Shown: piece after piece, positions 47,092 to 56,741 of the stretch | Position numbering within the stretch: the stretch's first letter is position 1 | How the letters are laid out: each line of letters starts with the position of its first letter | Origin: a virus | Strand: one strand, 5' to 3' | DNA length: 64,000 bases | IMG/VR virus record: IMGVR_UViG_3300013306_000017 | Span: 3,025 to 67,024 of that record | Position numbers and translations under genes: made by a program | Notes under the pieces: model-generated | The model's input: only the letters and a program-made list of their open reading frames with translations | Told to the model about the DNA's origin: nothing | Database searches by the model: none

Positions 47092-47528
47092 CCGTTCACC
47101 GCCCTTGCCGCATTCGCATAATCAATTTTCCACCACCATCCGGTATCCACGTCCCTGATCATCACCACGTCATCACTCTTATCGACCACGTTCCCCGCTC
47201 GCGTGAAAACGTGATGCGGGACAGCCTGGCGGTTTCCGAGGAACCAAAAGCCAAGGTCAGTCAAACTCCAAACACCTTTGGCTGAGTGGGCCAGGCCGAA
47301 ATATCTCAACTTCTGAAAGTTCGTGAACTCAGCTGTTAACAATCCGAGTTCACCTAAGCGCATTGGCTGGCGTGCGTGGTAAAGCTTCCAAAGGCCGCTG
47401 ACCATTCCTTTCGAGAGAACGTGCTTATGATTCCGTGGCAACTTCTGACCGCACTTTTCGCAGCAGGGAACCTTCCGCGATGGAAGTGGCGGGATGCCTG
47501 ACAGCAAATTTGGTTGAACTGCGCTCAC
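47085..47528 (-). CDS. Hypothetical protein (Zn ribbon plus wHTH-like region)
   Basis: CEKCGQ; FQKLRYFGL...G.W.LT..G; GTGA overlap. Confidence 0.65.
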   Translation of the reverse strand: MSAVQPNLLSGIPPLPSRKVPCCEKCGQKLPRNHKHVLSKGMVSGLWKLYHARQPMRLGELGLLTAEFTNFQKLRYFGLAHSAKGVWSLTDLGFWFLGNRQAVPHHVFTRAGNVVDKSDDVVMIRDVDTGWWWKIDYANAARAVNGC

Positions 47529-47791
47529 TGTTCCCAATCGGTAGTTTTCGGTTCCTCGACCTCAACATCTTTTAAGAATCCTTGTTTCCGCAGCGACCGA
47601 ATGTGTTTGCACACCGTTGCCTTGCTCTTGATCTGCAGATGCCGGGCAATCTGTGAATAGCTCGGGCGCGAACCGCGGCGTCGCTCAAAATCAATCACGT
47701 AGTTCAACACTTCGGCCTGGCGCGCCGTGTTCGGCACGTTCGCGGCGATTGAGCTACCGCAGTTCGGGCAAGTGGGTTGAGTGGCGCTCAT
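47525..47791 (-). CDS. LexA-type DNA-binding-domain-only protein
   Basis: TARQAEVLNYV......PSYSQIA..L.IKS..TV..H...L...G.L; N-terminal CPNC; no peptidase domain. Confidence 0.8.
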   Translation of the reverse strand: MSATQPTCPNCGSSIAANVPNTARQAEVLNYVIDFERRRGSRPSYSQIARHLQIKSKATVCKHIRSLRKQGFLKDVEVEEPKTTDWEQ

Positions 47792-48279
47792 GCGTTTGCC
47801 ATGATTTCTTTCCACGGCAGTTTGTCGTGTTCTTCCCAAGCGCTTCCGACCGGCGGATGTTCAAAGCCATAGCGGTAATAGGGATGCTTCATTCGTTCTG
47901 CCATCCGCTCGTTTATGCCATGGATAATTCGCTGCTTTATCTCGGCATCCATCAGGCGGTTGCCATGCAACGTTTGATAATCCCCAACACCGTAGGAGTA
48001 CATCGGCCACCAATCGGTCGGAAACTGAAAGCCGCATTCAGTGCATTGAATGATTCGCCCGAACGCCCAAAAGTATTGATGGCAATTTGGGCACGAACAG
48101 CAGCCGGGATCGGCGCCCGCCGCCGCTCGCATGTTTGGCTCACCGTCGGGATATGAAAGACCGCCGCAATGCTCAACATAGTCACGGCACCATTTCCACC
48201 CGTCCTCCGGTGTCGTATCCGGTGGGTCGATAATGATCGGGTCTTTGATTCCTTTGTCTTTTGATATTGCGACTTCCAT
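47788..48279 (-). CDS. Cys-rich hypothetical protein
   Basis: CPNC and CTEC; GGAGG SD. Confidence 0.65.
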   Translation of the reverse strand: MEVAISKDKGIKDPIIIDPPDTTPEDGWKWCRDYVEHCGGLSYPDGEPNMRAAAGADPGCCSCPNCHQYFWAFGRIIQCTECGFQFPTDWWPMYSYGVGDYQTLHGNRLMDAEIKQRIIHGINERMAERMKHPYYRYGFEHPPVGSAWEEHDKLPWKEIMANA

Positions 48280-48458
48280 TACTCGCCCTCCGGCTTCCGC
48301 ATCCGATCCGCTACTTCCTGAGCCACAACCGTGAAGCTCGTTTTCTTTTCTTCTCTCAAGTCTCGGGCACGATTGAAAGCTTCACCGTAAGTCAGGTGTT
48401 CAGCTTCTACAGTGTCGTGACCGACTACGGCCCAGCGCGGTTGTGTTAGTTCGCTCAT
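48279..48458 (-). CDS. Hypothetical protein (59 aa, not in ORF track)
   Basis: MSELTQPRWAVVGHDTVEAEHLTYGEAF...; ATGA and TAATG overlaps fill the gap exactly. Confidence 0.7.
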   Translation of the reverse strand: MSELTQPRWAVVGHDTVEAEHLTYGEAFNRARDLREEKKTSFTVVAQEVADRMRKPEGE

Positions 48459-49105
48459 AGCTTTTTGAATTCGATCACCCAGACCCAGGGATTTGAATTC
48501 CAGTCGCAGCCTTTGCGCTTACCGTTGATCTTGTCCCAGCCCATTGACCACGCCCGACGCAATGCCGCGCACTCGCTGGAACAGAAGCCGCTATCGAAAT
48601 CGTGTTCAGGGCAACTAATTCCTTCACTACGAATATCGGTAACGCTTATCTCCTGCAATCGCTCAACGCGAACGTCTGTGATTTCTAACGTGATGCGCGA
48701 GGCCCAGCGCGGCATGAAGATAGAGGGAGTCCATCGCCAGTCCTCGGGACCGCCTTCTGCGAATACTGGATTGCCTGCGCGATAAAGTGGCGGCTCAGTC
48801 TTAACTACGGTCTGCCCATCCTCTTCGACCGATGGCGTCCACGTCTCGCGCACCCAAAGGCGGTCACCAGCTTTGCCATAAGGACACGTCTTGAAAACGT
48901 GAGTGGATGGCGGCGTGAGATTCGCGGTCACGTACCAGGGATCGCCGGGATAACCTGAACACGAAGGCTTGCTCCAATAGTCTCCCTTCGGCCCATCCTT
49001 GATAACGCGGCGCGTCTGAGTCTTTCGCCCGTCAAGAATCGCTCGCACCATCGGCGCGGAAAACAAAATAGGCCGCTCTGTCACTTCAACTGCTGTTGCG
49101 CTCAA
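48455..49105 (-). CDS. Conserved phage protein (ASCH/PUA-like)
   Basis: ERPILFSAPMVRAILDGRKTQTRR, GDRLWVRETW, W.PSIFMPRWASR, NPWVWV. Confidence 0.85.
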   Translation of the reverse strand: MSATAVEVTERPILFSAPMVRAILDGRKTQTRRVIKDGPKGDYWSKPSCSGYPGDPWYVTANLTPPSTHVFKTCPYGKAGDRLWVRETWTPSVEEDGQTVVKTEPPLYRAGNPVFAEGGPEDWRWTPSIFMPRWASRITLEITDVRVERLQEISVTDIRSEGISCPEHDFDSGFCSSECAALRRAWSMGWDKINGKRKGCDWNSNPWVWVIEFKKL

Positions 49106-50058
49106 ACCGTCACCGCCTTTGCTTCCGGCCATTCCTTCATCGCCCACACGTCATCAGGAACACGGCCCTGCATTCCCGGTCGTGGGCCACTGTCTTGTTT
49201 GAAATAAACGGAGACTCCAGCCTTGTGCGCGTAGCGAGCAAGTTTCAATGCCGATTCAAGCGGCATCTGTCGATGTCCCGAACCGGACTCGCCGCCTATC
49301 ACAATTCCGTCGATGTCGTGTTTGTCAGTTGGCCGGAAGTTTTTATAGCCGTAGAAGTAACTCGGTCGGTCAAGATTCGGTGGCGGATCGCCAAATTCCA
49401 CATCACCAAGCAGTGGCTCCACACTAACCCACCTAACCGCGGCAGGAATTTCAAGCAGGAACGGGAGACGAATATCAACCGTCTTTTGATCTTCAACCGA
49501 CACACCCAAGTGGACGTTGGCTAGAAACCTCGACTCGTGAGGGCCACATGTGAGGCTTCCAAACGCTCGTCCTTGTGCGACTTGTTGCTCATAATCATTT
49601 GAGATTTGTGCGCGATTCTCCATCAGTAATGCCGCAACTCTGCGATGCCAGTCGGCACTAAAGTACTCGCGCATCCGCTGAGCTCGCTTAGTCAAGACCT
49701 GGAAGGTCACGTCTGGCCGGAGCGCAAAGATCGCGAAGTGCTGATCGATAATTTCATCAGGAACCCAGTCGCCAAACAGGTCGGTCATGTCGTCAATAAA
49801 AACTTTTTGACCCCTGATCTTCCGCGACTTCAAAACCTTGGCCGCTTCCTGTTCATCGAAGAAAGGCGTCAGAGATTTCATGTTCTCCGCAGTGAAGTCT
49901 TTGCCTTTTCTCCCCCAGCGCCCCGCCAGGGCGCAGGCGTAACAGAATCGACATCCATCCGAAATGCGAACGCAGGCATGAACCACGTTGCCCTCAGCGT
50001 CCCGATACCTCAGCAAGTTCGTGGAGAAATCTGTCCAGCCGATAGGTGTTTCCTGCAT
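49102..50058 (-). CDS. DUF5131 (gp37/gp68-like) radical-SAM-related protein
   Basis: I.WTD, CVRISDGCRFCYA, MTDLF, FQVLTKR, SVEPLL, GGESG, FKQ. Confidence 0.9.
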   Translation of the reverse strand: MQETPIGWTDFSTNLLRYRDAEGNVVHACVRISDGCRFCYACALAGRWGRKGKDFTAENMKSLTPFFDEQEAAKVLKSRKIRGQKVFIDDMTDLFGDWVPDEIIDQHFAIFALRPDVTFQVLTKRAQRMREYFSADWHRRVAALLMENRAQISNDYEQQVAQGRAFGSLTCGPHESRFLANVHLGVSVEDQKTVDIRLPFLLEIPAAVRWVSVEPLLGDVEFGDPPPNLDRPSYFYGYKNFRPTDKHDIDGIVIGGESGSGHRQMPLESALKLARYAHKAGVSVYFKQDSGPRPGMQGRVPDDVWAMKEWPEAKAVTV

Positions 50059-50168
50059 TACTTGTCATCCTCGCGAAACTTCGGCAAGCAGTGCGCACAC
50101 TTCTCGCCTTCGCAGTTGCAGCCTTCGTAACAGTTCGGGCATTCGTGTTCAGTAAGGGATGTCGTCAT
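50058..50168 (-). CDS. 36-aa Cys-rich miniprotein (not in ORF track)
   Basis: MTTSLTEHECPNCYEGCNCEGEKCAHCLPKFREDDK; TAATG coupling to the next gene. Confidence 0.5.
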   Translation of the reverse strand: MTTSLTEHECPNCYEGCNCEGEKCAHCLPKFREDDK

Positions 50169-50487
50169 CAGCCACCTCACTCGCTACCGGCGCCGGATTC
50201 AAACCAAGTCGCTGCAAGTCCCAAGCGCTGATTGGCGCTGCTGCCCGTTGCGCATAAGCTCGCGCTATCGCCTCAGTGACCGGGCGCATGGAATAGATTG
50301 CGCCGTTCCCGTAATACTCAGTGCGATAGCCTTCGCCCTCAGGAACATCAATCCGAATGAAAGCGCACCCGCCGATAGTCGCTTCCGTGACATGGCCAGC
50401 CGTGCGCTGATGGCCGAACAAATCAATCACGCACCACTGGTCAAAGTTCTCAGGCTTGCCGTTCGTGCTCGCCGCCGCTTCAGACAT
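50149..50487 (-). CDS. Conserved phage hypothetical protein
   Basis: W...LFGH...AG.V.E...G..FIRIDVP...AIYS..P; AAGGAG SD before ATG 50487. Confidence 0.75.
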   Translation of the reverse strand: MSEAAASTNGKPENFDQWCVIDLFGHQRTAGHVTEATIGGCAFIRIDVPEGEGYRTEYYGNGAIYSMRPVTEAIARAYAQRAAAPISAWDLQRLGLNPAPVASEVADDDIPY

Positions 50488-50648
50488 TTGTAAATCTCCT
50501 TTGAGTTTGTGGCTGAAGGGCGAGTAGCTAATTCGCCCCTCAGGTTTAAGAACTCCCAGACCCGAAGCGATTACTTCGAGCGTTTGCCGCAACGCGTTAG
50601 CGGTAACGGTTGATTTGCTTCATCGTTAAAAATGTCTCTCAATGTCGG

Positions 50649-50972
50649 TTATGCCGCCCTCAACAAAACTTCCTGCGCAATCTCACTGATCCGCTTCCGC
50701 GTGATCATCTCGCCCGCCTCGCGCCTCAGCCTGATTTCATCCATGAACAATTCAAGTTGGCGCTCGTCGAACAAATCGCGTGGGCGCCGCTCCGGTTTTG
50801 GCAAATGACGTTGCGCATCGCACTTGTTTCGGTAGATGGCTTTCTGCCGCTTTCGTTCGCACAGTTTGCAGTTTCCATTCGAGTTGAACTCCAAAACCGA
50901 TAGCCTGACCTTGCAGCGGTGACACTTCGCGCTGAATAGCAAGACGAAGATGATGCGGGGATCGATGTTCAT
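50649..50972 (-). CDS. Zn-finger hypothetical protein
   Basis: CHRC and CKLC; coupled to the upstream gene. Confidence 0.6.
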   Translation of the reverse strand: MNIDPRIIFVLLFSAKCHRCKVRLSVLEFNSNGNCKLCERKRQKAIYRNKCDAQRHLPKPERRPRDLFDERQLELFMDEIRLRREAGEMITRKRISEIAQEVLLRAA

Positions 50973-51704
50973 TTACTTCCCGGCCCGCGCCCCGCCTCGT
51001 CGACGGGCAACCTCGTTTTTCATTTCAGTAAGACCGCCTGCAACCGCTGTTTCAATCGCTTTCTTGCCGCCGCCGCACTTCATGCACAGTCCGTCATCGG
51101 TGGCCCCGTCCTTTTTACACTTCGAGCATTTCTTGTCCGGGTGAATCGTGAGCACGGGTGCATCCTTACCGTTCCCTTTGCCATTGGCCTTTACGACTTT
51201 CGGCGCAGCTGCCAGAGGGTCGGTGTCGAGCGGCAATGGAATTTGCTTCGCTGCCTTGAAGAACATCTCAAGGTCGTAAGTCCACGCGCCGTAACGCTTC
51301 ACAATTTCATGGAACTCAGTGACGTCATGGTCCCTCAACGACGGCCGGCCGCTTTCGGTGTCGAAGTCGCAGTGCATGAGCTCGTGATCCACCAGCGCGG
51401 TCTTGTGCTTTTCTTCCATCCGATCCCAGGACATCTTGGTAATCAGAATCACGAAGAACGGCTCAATCTCATCTCCATCGGTTTGCGTATCACCGGAAGC
51501 GAGAAAAGCATTCAGGCCAGTGACCAGCTTTGCCTGGCCGTACAGGTCTTTGCCTTTGCGCTTCGGCATCACAGGTTGCCCTGTCTTTTTGTCGCGCTTG
51601 TTCTGAAAGAGATAGACGACGCTCATCCCATGCAGATGCGGGTGATGATCTTTGATCAGTAGTTGGCCAATTCTCTTTGGCTCGTCAGCGACGGCGTATT
51701 CCAT
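50973..51704 (-). CDS. Putative phage metallopeptidase with C-terminal Zn ribbon
   Basis: ALVDHELMH (HExxH), HDV.EF..IV.RYG. Confidence 0.82.
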   Translation of the reverse strand: MEYAVADEPKRIGQLLIKDHHPHLHGMSVVYLFQNKRDKKTGQPVMPKRKGKDLYGQAKLVTGLNAFLASGDTQTDGDEIEPFFVILITKMSWDRMEEKHKTALVDHELMHCDFDTESGRPSLRDHDVTEFHEIVKRYGAWTYDLEMFFKAAKQIPLPLDTDPLAAAPKVVKANGKGNGKDAPVLTIHPDKKCSKCKKDGATDDGLCMKCGGGKKAIETAVAGGLTEMKNEVARRRGGARAGK

Positions 51705-51734
51705 TGAATCTCCTTCGTTTGTGGCTCCGCTCGG

Positions 51735-52259
51735 TTATGAGACTACTGTTCCGGACGCAATACGATCTTCGCTCAAGCGCTTTTCGAAGTCGTCAAACGT
51801 TTCATGCCGAAGGTGCAAGTTGTGCACCATGCTCTGATACAGATAGGTCGCGTTGTTTCTAACCGAAGCATCGGGATGCCGATAGCCGATGACCTCAAGG
51901 GAGTGCATCGCATGGGAGTACCAATGCTGCGGTAAGTGACCGAACGCTGAGGGCTTGAACGGATCGGGAGGATTGGACTGGAAGAACGCGCCTTCTTCGC
52001 GATCTACTTCGCGAGGATCGGCGGGATTCATAAAACACCAGCGAATGAACGCTGTTAATCGACGGCCCGGGGAATAAGCAACGCCACGGCTAACCCAAGT
52101 TTTCGGCTCGTCGTCACAGCCCCGAACCGCTGTTAGTAGCGTACCCTGCTCGCGCAAGGGCAGCTGCATTACCCAGTCCTGAAGGACAGACTGTCTGTTG
52201 TTTTGCAGATGACCCGTTGCGGCCATATCTTCCTGAATCGCTTCTTCCGCGTATGCCAT
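51735..52259 (-). CDS. Conserved phage hypothetical protein
   Basis: SVLQDWV..L..REQG.LLTAVRGCD; AAGGAG SD. Confidence 0.75.
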   Translation of the reverse strand: MAYAEEAIQEDMAATGHLQNNRQSVLQDWVMQLPLREQGTLLTAVRGCDDEPKTWVSRGVAYSPGRRLTAFIRWCFMNPADPREVDREEGAFFQSNPPDPFKPSAFGHLPQHWYSHAMHSLEVIGYRHPDASVRNNATYLYQSMVHNLHLRHETFDDFEKRLSEDRIASGTVVS

Positions 52260-52272
52260 AAAGTCTCCTTCG

Positions 52273-52509
52273 TTAATTGAACGTCAAAATCAAAGATTGT
52301 TCGGTCGTGAATTCATTGCCGCAGCCGCACTTGTGGCCGCTGATACCTTTCCCACTCCAAATCGGAGTTAACTGCTTTTCCGAGTTACACCCTGGGCACA
52401 AGATCATCCCGACTGCTTTTCCAGTGACGATTCGCGCGCCCATTTCCAAACATCGCTGCACGTAATCAGTCGCGCACGAATCGAAGAGTGAAGGCTGGTC
52501 ATTAGGCAC
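52273..52509 (-). CDS. Small Zn-ribbon protein
   Basis: CPGC and CGCG. Confidence 0.6.
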   Translation of the reverse strand: MPNDQPSLFDSCATDYVQRCLEMGARIVTGKAVGMILCPGCNSEKQLTPIWSGKGISGHKCGCGNEFTTEQSLILTFN

Positions 52510-52702
52510 CCGCCACCTCTTGAACTCTTTCGCCGGTTTCGAGATTGATTAGGACAAGTTGCGAACCGCACGCTACGCACGTCTCGCGTTCAGGTCCTGC
52601 CATGCAGCAGCATTCGTCCCACGGGTTCAGATGCCCAACGCAGTTGCAGAACGGAGTACTGACGCAGATACGCTGCGTATGGTCATTGATTCCTGGTGGC
52701 AT
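52502..52702 (-). CDS. Small Cys-rich protein
   Basis: CxxxxC, CCC, CVAC; coupled overlaps. Confidence 0.6.
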   Translation of the reverse strand: MPPGINDHTQRICVSTPFCNCVGHLNPWDECCCMAGPERETCVACGSQLVLINLETGERVQEVAGA

Positions 52703-55257
52703 TAAGCTACCGCCTCCTGCGTCAATGGTTTTTCATCCATCAGGTCAAACAAAGTCGGTGCCGTCGCTTCGGTCTCAGCCTCAGAGCAATAGCGCGCGCC
52801 GTCTTGGAAGTAACGATCGCCAAGTTCTATTCCGATACCGAACCGGCCAGCCCTAATCGCGCAGTACGGAACCGTGAAGATTCCCGCAAAGCAATCCAGA
52901 ACAATATCGCCGCGGTTCGAATAGAGGTTGATGGTCCGTTCAACGATATCGAACGGAAGCGGGCAGGTATGGTTGACCTGTTCGCGCCGGCTCTGTGAAG
53001 AATTCAAACCGCGCATCATGTTCACGTCATCCCAAACCCAAGTGTTATTTGTTTCGGGCGGCTCATAGAAGAATGACGCCGGCAGCATTCCGCGTTGCTC
53101 CAAATCCTCAAGCCGCGCGACGTGGGCTTCGAAGTCGTAATCCTGTTTGGCCCGCAGCAGGTTGAGAAGGAACTGAACCTGCGCCTCTGGCGTTGAGGGA
53201 ACTGCGACGTTCCCGTTGCTGCGCCAGAAGGCATGCGCATCAATCTGCCAACGAGCGCGGCTGTATTCCGACTTCTCGCGCGTGACGGGTTCATCGGCCC
53301 GGGCGGTTGTCATCAATGTTGGTGCTTTGCGAAACAGAAGAAGGTATTCAGGCAGGCCGCAACCCATCTTGCTGGCGTCCTTCGTCATCTCCGTCCAGCC
53401 CAGCCGATACGTTGAACTGTTTTCACGAACGACGTCGGTGGTAATCGTGCGCCGGCCCTCGTAGAGGAACCCATGTTTCTTGAAAGCGGCCACAGTGAGG
53501 TCGCTGAACTCATCAACTTCCATCAATCCGGATTTGGTCTGATGGCTGTAAAGAATCCGGTCCTTGACGTGGATTGCGGCAACGCGGCCAGGCTTCAAAA
53601 CACGGAGCAACTCAGGAATGAGGAAATCCATCTGCGCGAAGAATCCGTCATTACCGTCGTTGTGTCCGAAATCTTCATAGTTCGTGGTGTATTCGTAATG
53701 GTCAGAAAACGGGATTGAAGTGTGAATCAGGCCAACTGAATCATCAGCGATGTTGGCCATCTCCAAAACACAGTCGTTGTTGATGGCGCGGAACCGTTCG
53801 CCGGAGACCTGAACGCGTTCAACGCCAATCTTTCGCTTCAGTTCTTCGTTGACCAGGCTATGGTCCAGGCCGTATTGCCGGATGATTCCGCGCATCCGTT
53901 TGACGAGCTGGTCATGCTGCTCCCACTTCTGGCGCAAGACATCCGCGATCGGCTGTTCGCTTTCGGCATAGATGATATGGACATCGACCGGATGCTGTTG
54001 TTGGAAACGCTGTGTCCGGTGAATCGCCTGAATGAAATCTTCAAACCGGTAGTCAGTGCCGACGAAGATGTTTGAGTGACAGTGATATTGGAAATTGCAG
54101 CCGCTTCCGCTCAGTTCCGGCTTGGTGGCCAACCTCGAGATCTTCCCCCGCGCGAAGTCAATTACCCGCTGCTCGCGAAGCTCAAGGTCCATTGAGCCGT
54201 AGACAGACAACGAGTCAGGAATATCTTTTTCAATCGCCCGCCGTTCATCTTCCAGCGTGTGCCACAGCAACCAATTCTTATCCGGCGCCGCCTCAATGAT
54301 TTCCTTTGCCTTCGCCACTCGCGACGGCAAGGTTGCTCGCTTCTCGCGCGCCGATTGACTGACACCCTTGACCGCGCTGATTAGAAGTTTGCGCTGGCCG
54401 AAGTTGTCAACGTGCTTGAATGCTCGAGTGTGATCAACAGGTACCCGATGCCAGTGCACATTCAGTTCCGGCAATTCATAACCGGTGGCGTCATAACCCA
54501 TGTCGGCCGGGCTGTAGAGGAACAGCGCCCAGGTGCTCACCCATAACCAGAAGTCCGCTTCATGCTGAGGATGAATCTGCAGGTCGCCGGCCTGTGCGGT
54601 ATTGCGTTTGAACCAACGCGTTAACGCCTGGCCGCTATCCATCACGCCGAGGAAGTCAGCGTAGTAAATGATTTCCTTGTAACTATTCGGGCAAGGCGTG
54701 GCCGTGGCGACGAACCGATAAGGAACCTGCGTGAACAGCGAACGGAATACTTGTGTGGTCTTAGAACCGAAACTCCGGAGCACGCTGCCCTCATCCAGGC
54801 TCACGCCAATCAAGTTATGTTTCGCCGGCGTAATGCCGCCGTCGCGCAAGCGTTCATAGTTCGTGATGACAAACGGAGTATCAGCAGCGGCGAGCGTTTC
54901 ATCGCTGTAAACGTACTTCCAACGGACGCCGAGGCGCGGTCCATCTTCATCAATGAACTGATGGCGCACTCCCAGCGGAGCGACGACAAGAAACTTGGAA
55001 TCAGGATTTGCGGTTGTCAGAATGCGCGCTATCTCGGTTTCGATTTGCGTCTTACCCAGTCCGAACGAAAGTGCTAACAAGGCGCGTTCCTCACGCAGGG
55101 CCCAGGCAATCACATCTCGCTGATGAGGCTTGGTCGACGGATGAACTTCAAGGTCGTTCCCGAGCGCAGACGGCCGTTCGCTCGCACCCTTAATCTTCCC
55201 CTCAAGGAAGGCCAGGTACGCATGGCGATTGTCCTTTTGTGTTTGCGCTACGCCCAT
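52702..55257 (-). CDS. SF2 helicase-like domain fused to beta-class amino (N4C/N6A) DNA methyltransferase
   Basis: GLGKT, LDEGS, TATP helicase motifs; TSIPF (motif IV variant) before H.CP and VLDCFAG (motif I). Confidence 0.88.
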   Translation of the reverse strand: MGVAQTQKDNRHAYLAFLEGKIKGASERPSALGNDLEVHPSTKPHQRDVIAWALREERALLALSFGLGKTQIETEIARILTTANPDSKFLVVAPLGVRHQFIDEDGPRLGVRWKYVYSDETLAAADTPFVITNYERLRDGGITPAKHNLIGVSLDEGSVLRSFGSKTTQVFRSLFTQVPYRFVATATPCPNSYKEIIYYADFLGVMDSGQALTRWFKRNTAQAGDLQIHPQHEADFWLWVSTWALFLYSPADMGYDATGYELPELNVHWHRVPVDHTRAFKHVDNFGQRKLLISAVKGVSQSAREKRATLPSRVAKAKEIIEAAPDKNWLLWHTLEDERRAIEKDIPDSLSVYGSMDLELREQRVIDFARGKISRLATKPELSGSGCNFQYHCHSNIFVGTDYRFEDFIQAIHRTQRFQQQHPVDVHIIYAESEQPIADVLRQKWEQHDQLVKRMRGIIRQYGLDHSLVNEELKRKIGVERVQVSGERFRAINNDCVLEMANIADDSVGLIHTSIPFSDHYEYTTNYEDFGHNDGNDGFFAQMDFLIPELLRVLKPGRVAAIHVKDRILYSHQTKSGLMEVDEFSDLTVAAFKKHGFLYEGRRTITTDVVRENSSTYRLGWTEMTKDASKMGCGLPEYLLLFRKAPTLMTTARADEPVTREKSEYSRARWQIDAHAFWRSNGNVAVPSTPEAQVQFLLNLLRAKQDYDFEAHVARLEDLEQRGMLPASFFYEPPETNNTWVWDDVNMMRGLNSSQSRREQVNHTCPLPFDIVERTINLYSNRGDIVLDCFAGIFTVPYCAIRAGRFGIGIELGDRYFQDGARYCSEAETEATAPTLFDLMDEKPLTQEAVA

Positions 55258-55475
55258 ACAAAGTTCGCTTCGAGAGTCATTCGGATTTCACAGCACTGGG
55301 GCATGCCGTTCAGCAGATAATCGGCAATCTGTTCAGCTTTCACAGGCTCAGAACGGCCGCATGACACGCATTTCATTTCGGCACCATTAGGGAAACTCTG
55401 TTCAGCGATTCTCTTAGCACTCGCATTCCGCAAGTCCTCGTCATCCCCAAACAGAATGTCGCGCATCTGTTTCAA
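55248..55475 (-). CDS. Small Zn-ribbon protein
   Basis: CVSC and CC; overlaps both neighbours. Confidence 0.6.
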   Translation of the reverse strand: MKQMRDILFGDDEDLRNASAKRIAEQSFPNGAEMKCVSCGRSEPVKAEQIADYLLNGMPQCCEIRMTLEANFVWA

Positions 55476-55996
55476 CGAAAGCCCTCGGTTATCTGCGCCG
55501 CCAACGGGATACCGGCCCTCAACTGTCTTGCCGCCGGCATCAACTTCTGATCTTGAACCGCTCGGTTTAAGAGAGCGTCATAGACCTTCGCGAAATGCGC
55601 TCGATCAGCCACTTGGTTTTCAGACATGCAGAGCGACTTCCAACCAATTGCGTCCACCGCTCGCTGAATGATTTCATTTCCAAAATCAGGCACGCCGTAA
55701 GAACCAATTGCCCCCATCGCCTGAACCACAATTCCCCACGCCTCAAACGCAGTCGGCATATTCGAAACGGCTGACACGAGCGAAAGCGCCTTATCACGCA
55801 GCTTTGCGATCGTCGGCAGGAATTCGGACTCAGCCAGGCACTGCTCAATCGTTGCCTTCAAAACTTCCAGCGGAATATCACTCAGCATCCGGACGTAAAT
55901 CTTGATCGTCACTTCGGAGACTTCGACCGTAGGGAATGAAGCGAACAGAACTCCGACGAGTTTTGTTATTTCAGTTTTGTTCGGTTCGACTTGCAC
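55472..55996 (-). CDS. Helicase loader/inhibitor (G39P-like)
   Basis: L.DIP...F.PTIA.LR, AW..V, IGW..LC.SEN..ADRAHF...Y; GGAGG before GTG 55996. Confidence 0.78.
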   Translation of the reverse strand: MQVEPNKTEITKLVGVLFASFPTVEVSEVTIKIYVRMLSDIPLEVLKATIEQCLAESEFLPTIAKLRDKALSLVSAVSNMPTAFEAWGIVVQAMGAIGSYGVPDFGNEIIQRAVDAIGWKSLCMSENQVADRAHFAKVYDALLNRAVQDQKLMPAARQLRAGIPLAAQITEGFR

Positions 55997-56741
55997 GTTC
56001 CTCCGCTTCGAATTCAGCTGCGACGTTTTGAACACGCTGGACGTTCCGGTCGACTTTGGTCGCGCCCTGAGTACCGTTGCCATTCGGTTCAAACACACCG
56101 GTCCATCCGTTCTCAACGGAATTCACGAGCGCGGCAGTAGCCTTCGCCTCGCCCCAATCTTTTAGTTTCTTGTAAAGGCGTTTCTTAGCTGTAGGTGTGA
56201 GCGGCGAGCGCTTCTCTTTTCGGTGCCGTTCGTACTCACTTAAAGCCGTTCTGAATTCAGCGCCAACAAATGGAAGGTCGTCATCACTATTATGATCTGA
56301 TCCATTCTGATCATTACTGTTCTGATCATTATTATTTAAGGCAGATCTACTTCTGACTGACTTCTGATCTACTTCAAAACCGTTTTGATCTGGTTTTGAC
56401 GAGCGGCGAAACCCTCGTGGAGCGGGAATATCAGTCGAAGTGTTTTTTTCCCAAGTAGTTAGAATCTGATGTTTTTCAAAGTTGACAACCTGAATACAAC
56501 GCTTGCCACCGACTTCATATCGCTGAATGAACCCAGCATCAGTAAGCTCAGTGAGCATCTTTTCAATATCACAATCGTCATATGGAAGGCATTCAGCTTT
56601 GATTTGTTGGGGGCGATCCCAAAGACGACCGTTCTTGTCGGCTAAACACCAGAGACCTTGAAACAAAATCCGGGTCAATGGAGATAGCTGCGCTAGTTCG
56701 TAGTTTCGGAAGAAGCCTTCTCTAATCACTCTGTTCCGCAC
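55971..56741 (-). CDS. Phage replication initiator (O-like)
   Basis: R.I...FF....L....R.LF.GLW..AD..GR; C-terminal Y..HR.....PLT...SV.NGW.G.F. Confidence 0.85.
   Translation of the reverse strand: MRNRVIREGFFRNYELAQLSPLTRILFQGLWCLADKNGRLWDRPQQIKAECLPYDDCDIEKMLTELTDAGFIQRYEVGGKRCIQVVNFEKHQILTTWEKNTSTDIPAPRGFRRSSKPDQNGFEVDQKSVRSRSALNNNDQNSNDQNGSDHNSDDDLPFVGAEFRTALSEYERHRKEKRSPLTPTAKKRLYKKLKDWGEAKATAALVNSVENGWTGVFEPNGNGTQGATKVDRNVQRVQNVAAEFEAEERASRTEQN
56290..56395. repeat. Putative replication origin (GATC-rich iterons) inside the initiator gene
   Basis: Seven GATC sites in ~100 bp; TTCTGATCATTA twice and GATCTACTTC twice. Confidence 0.6.
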
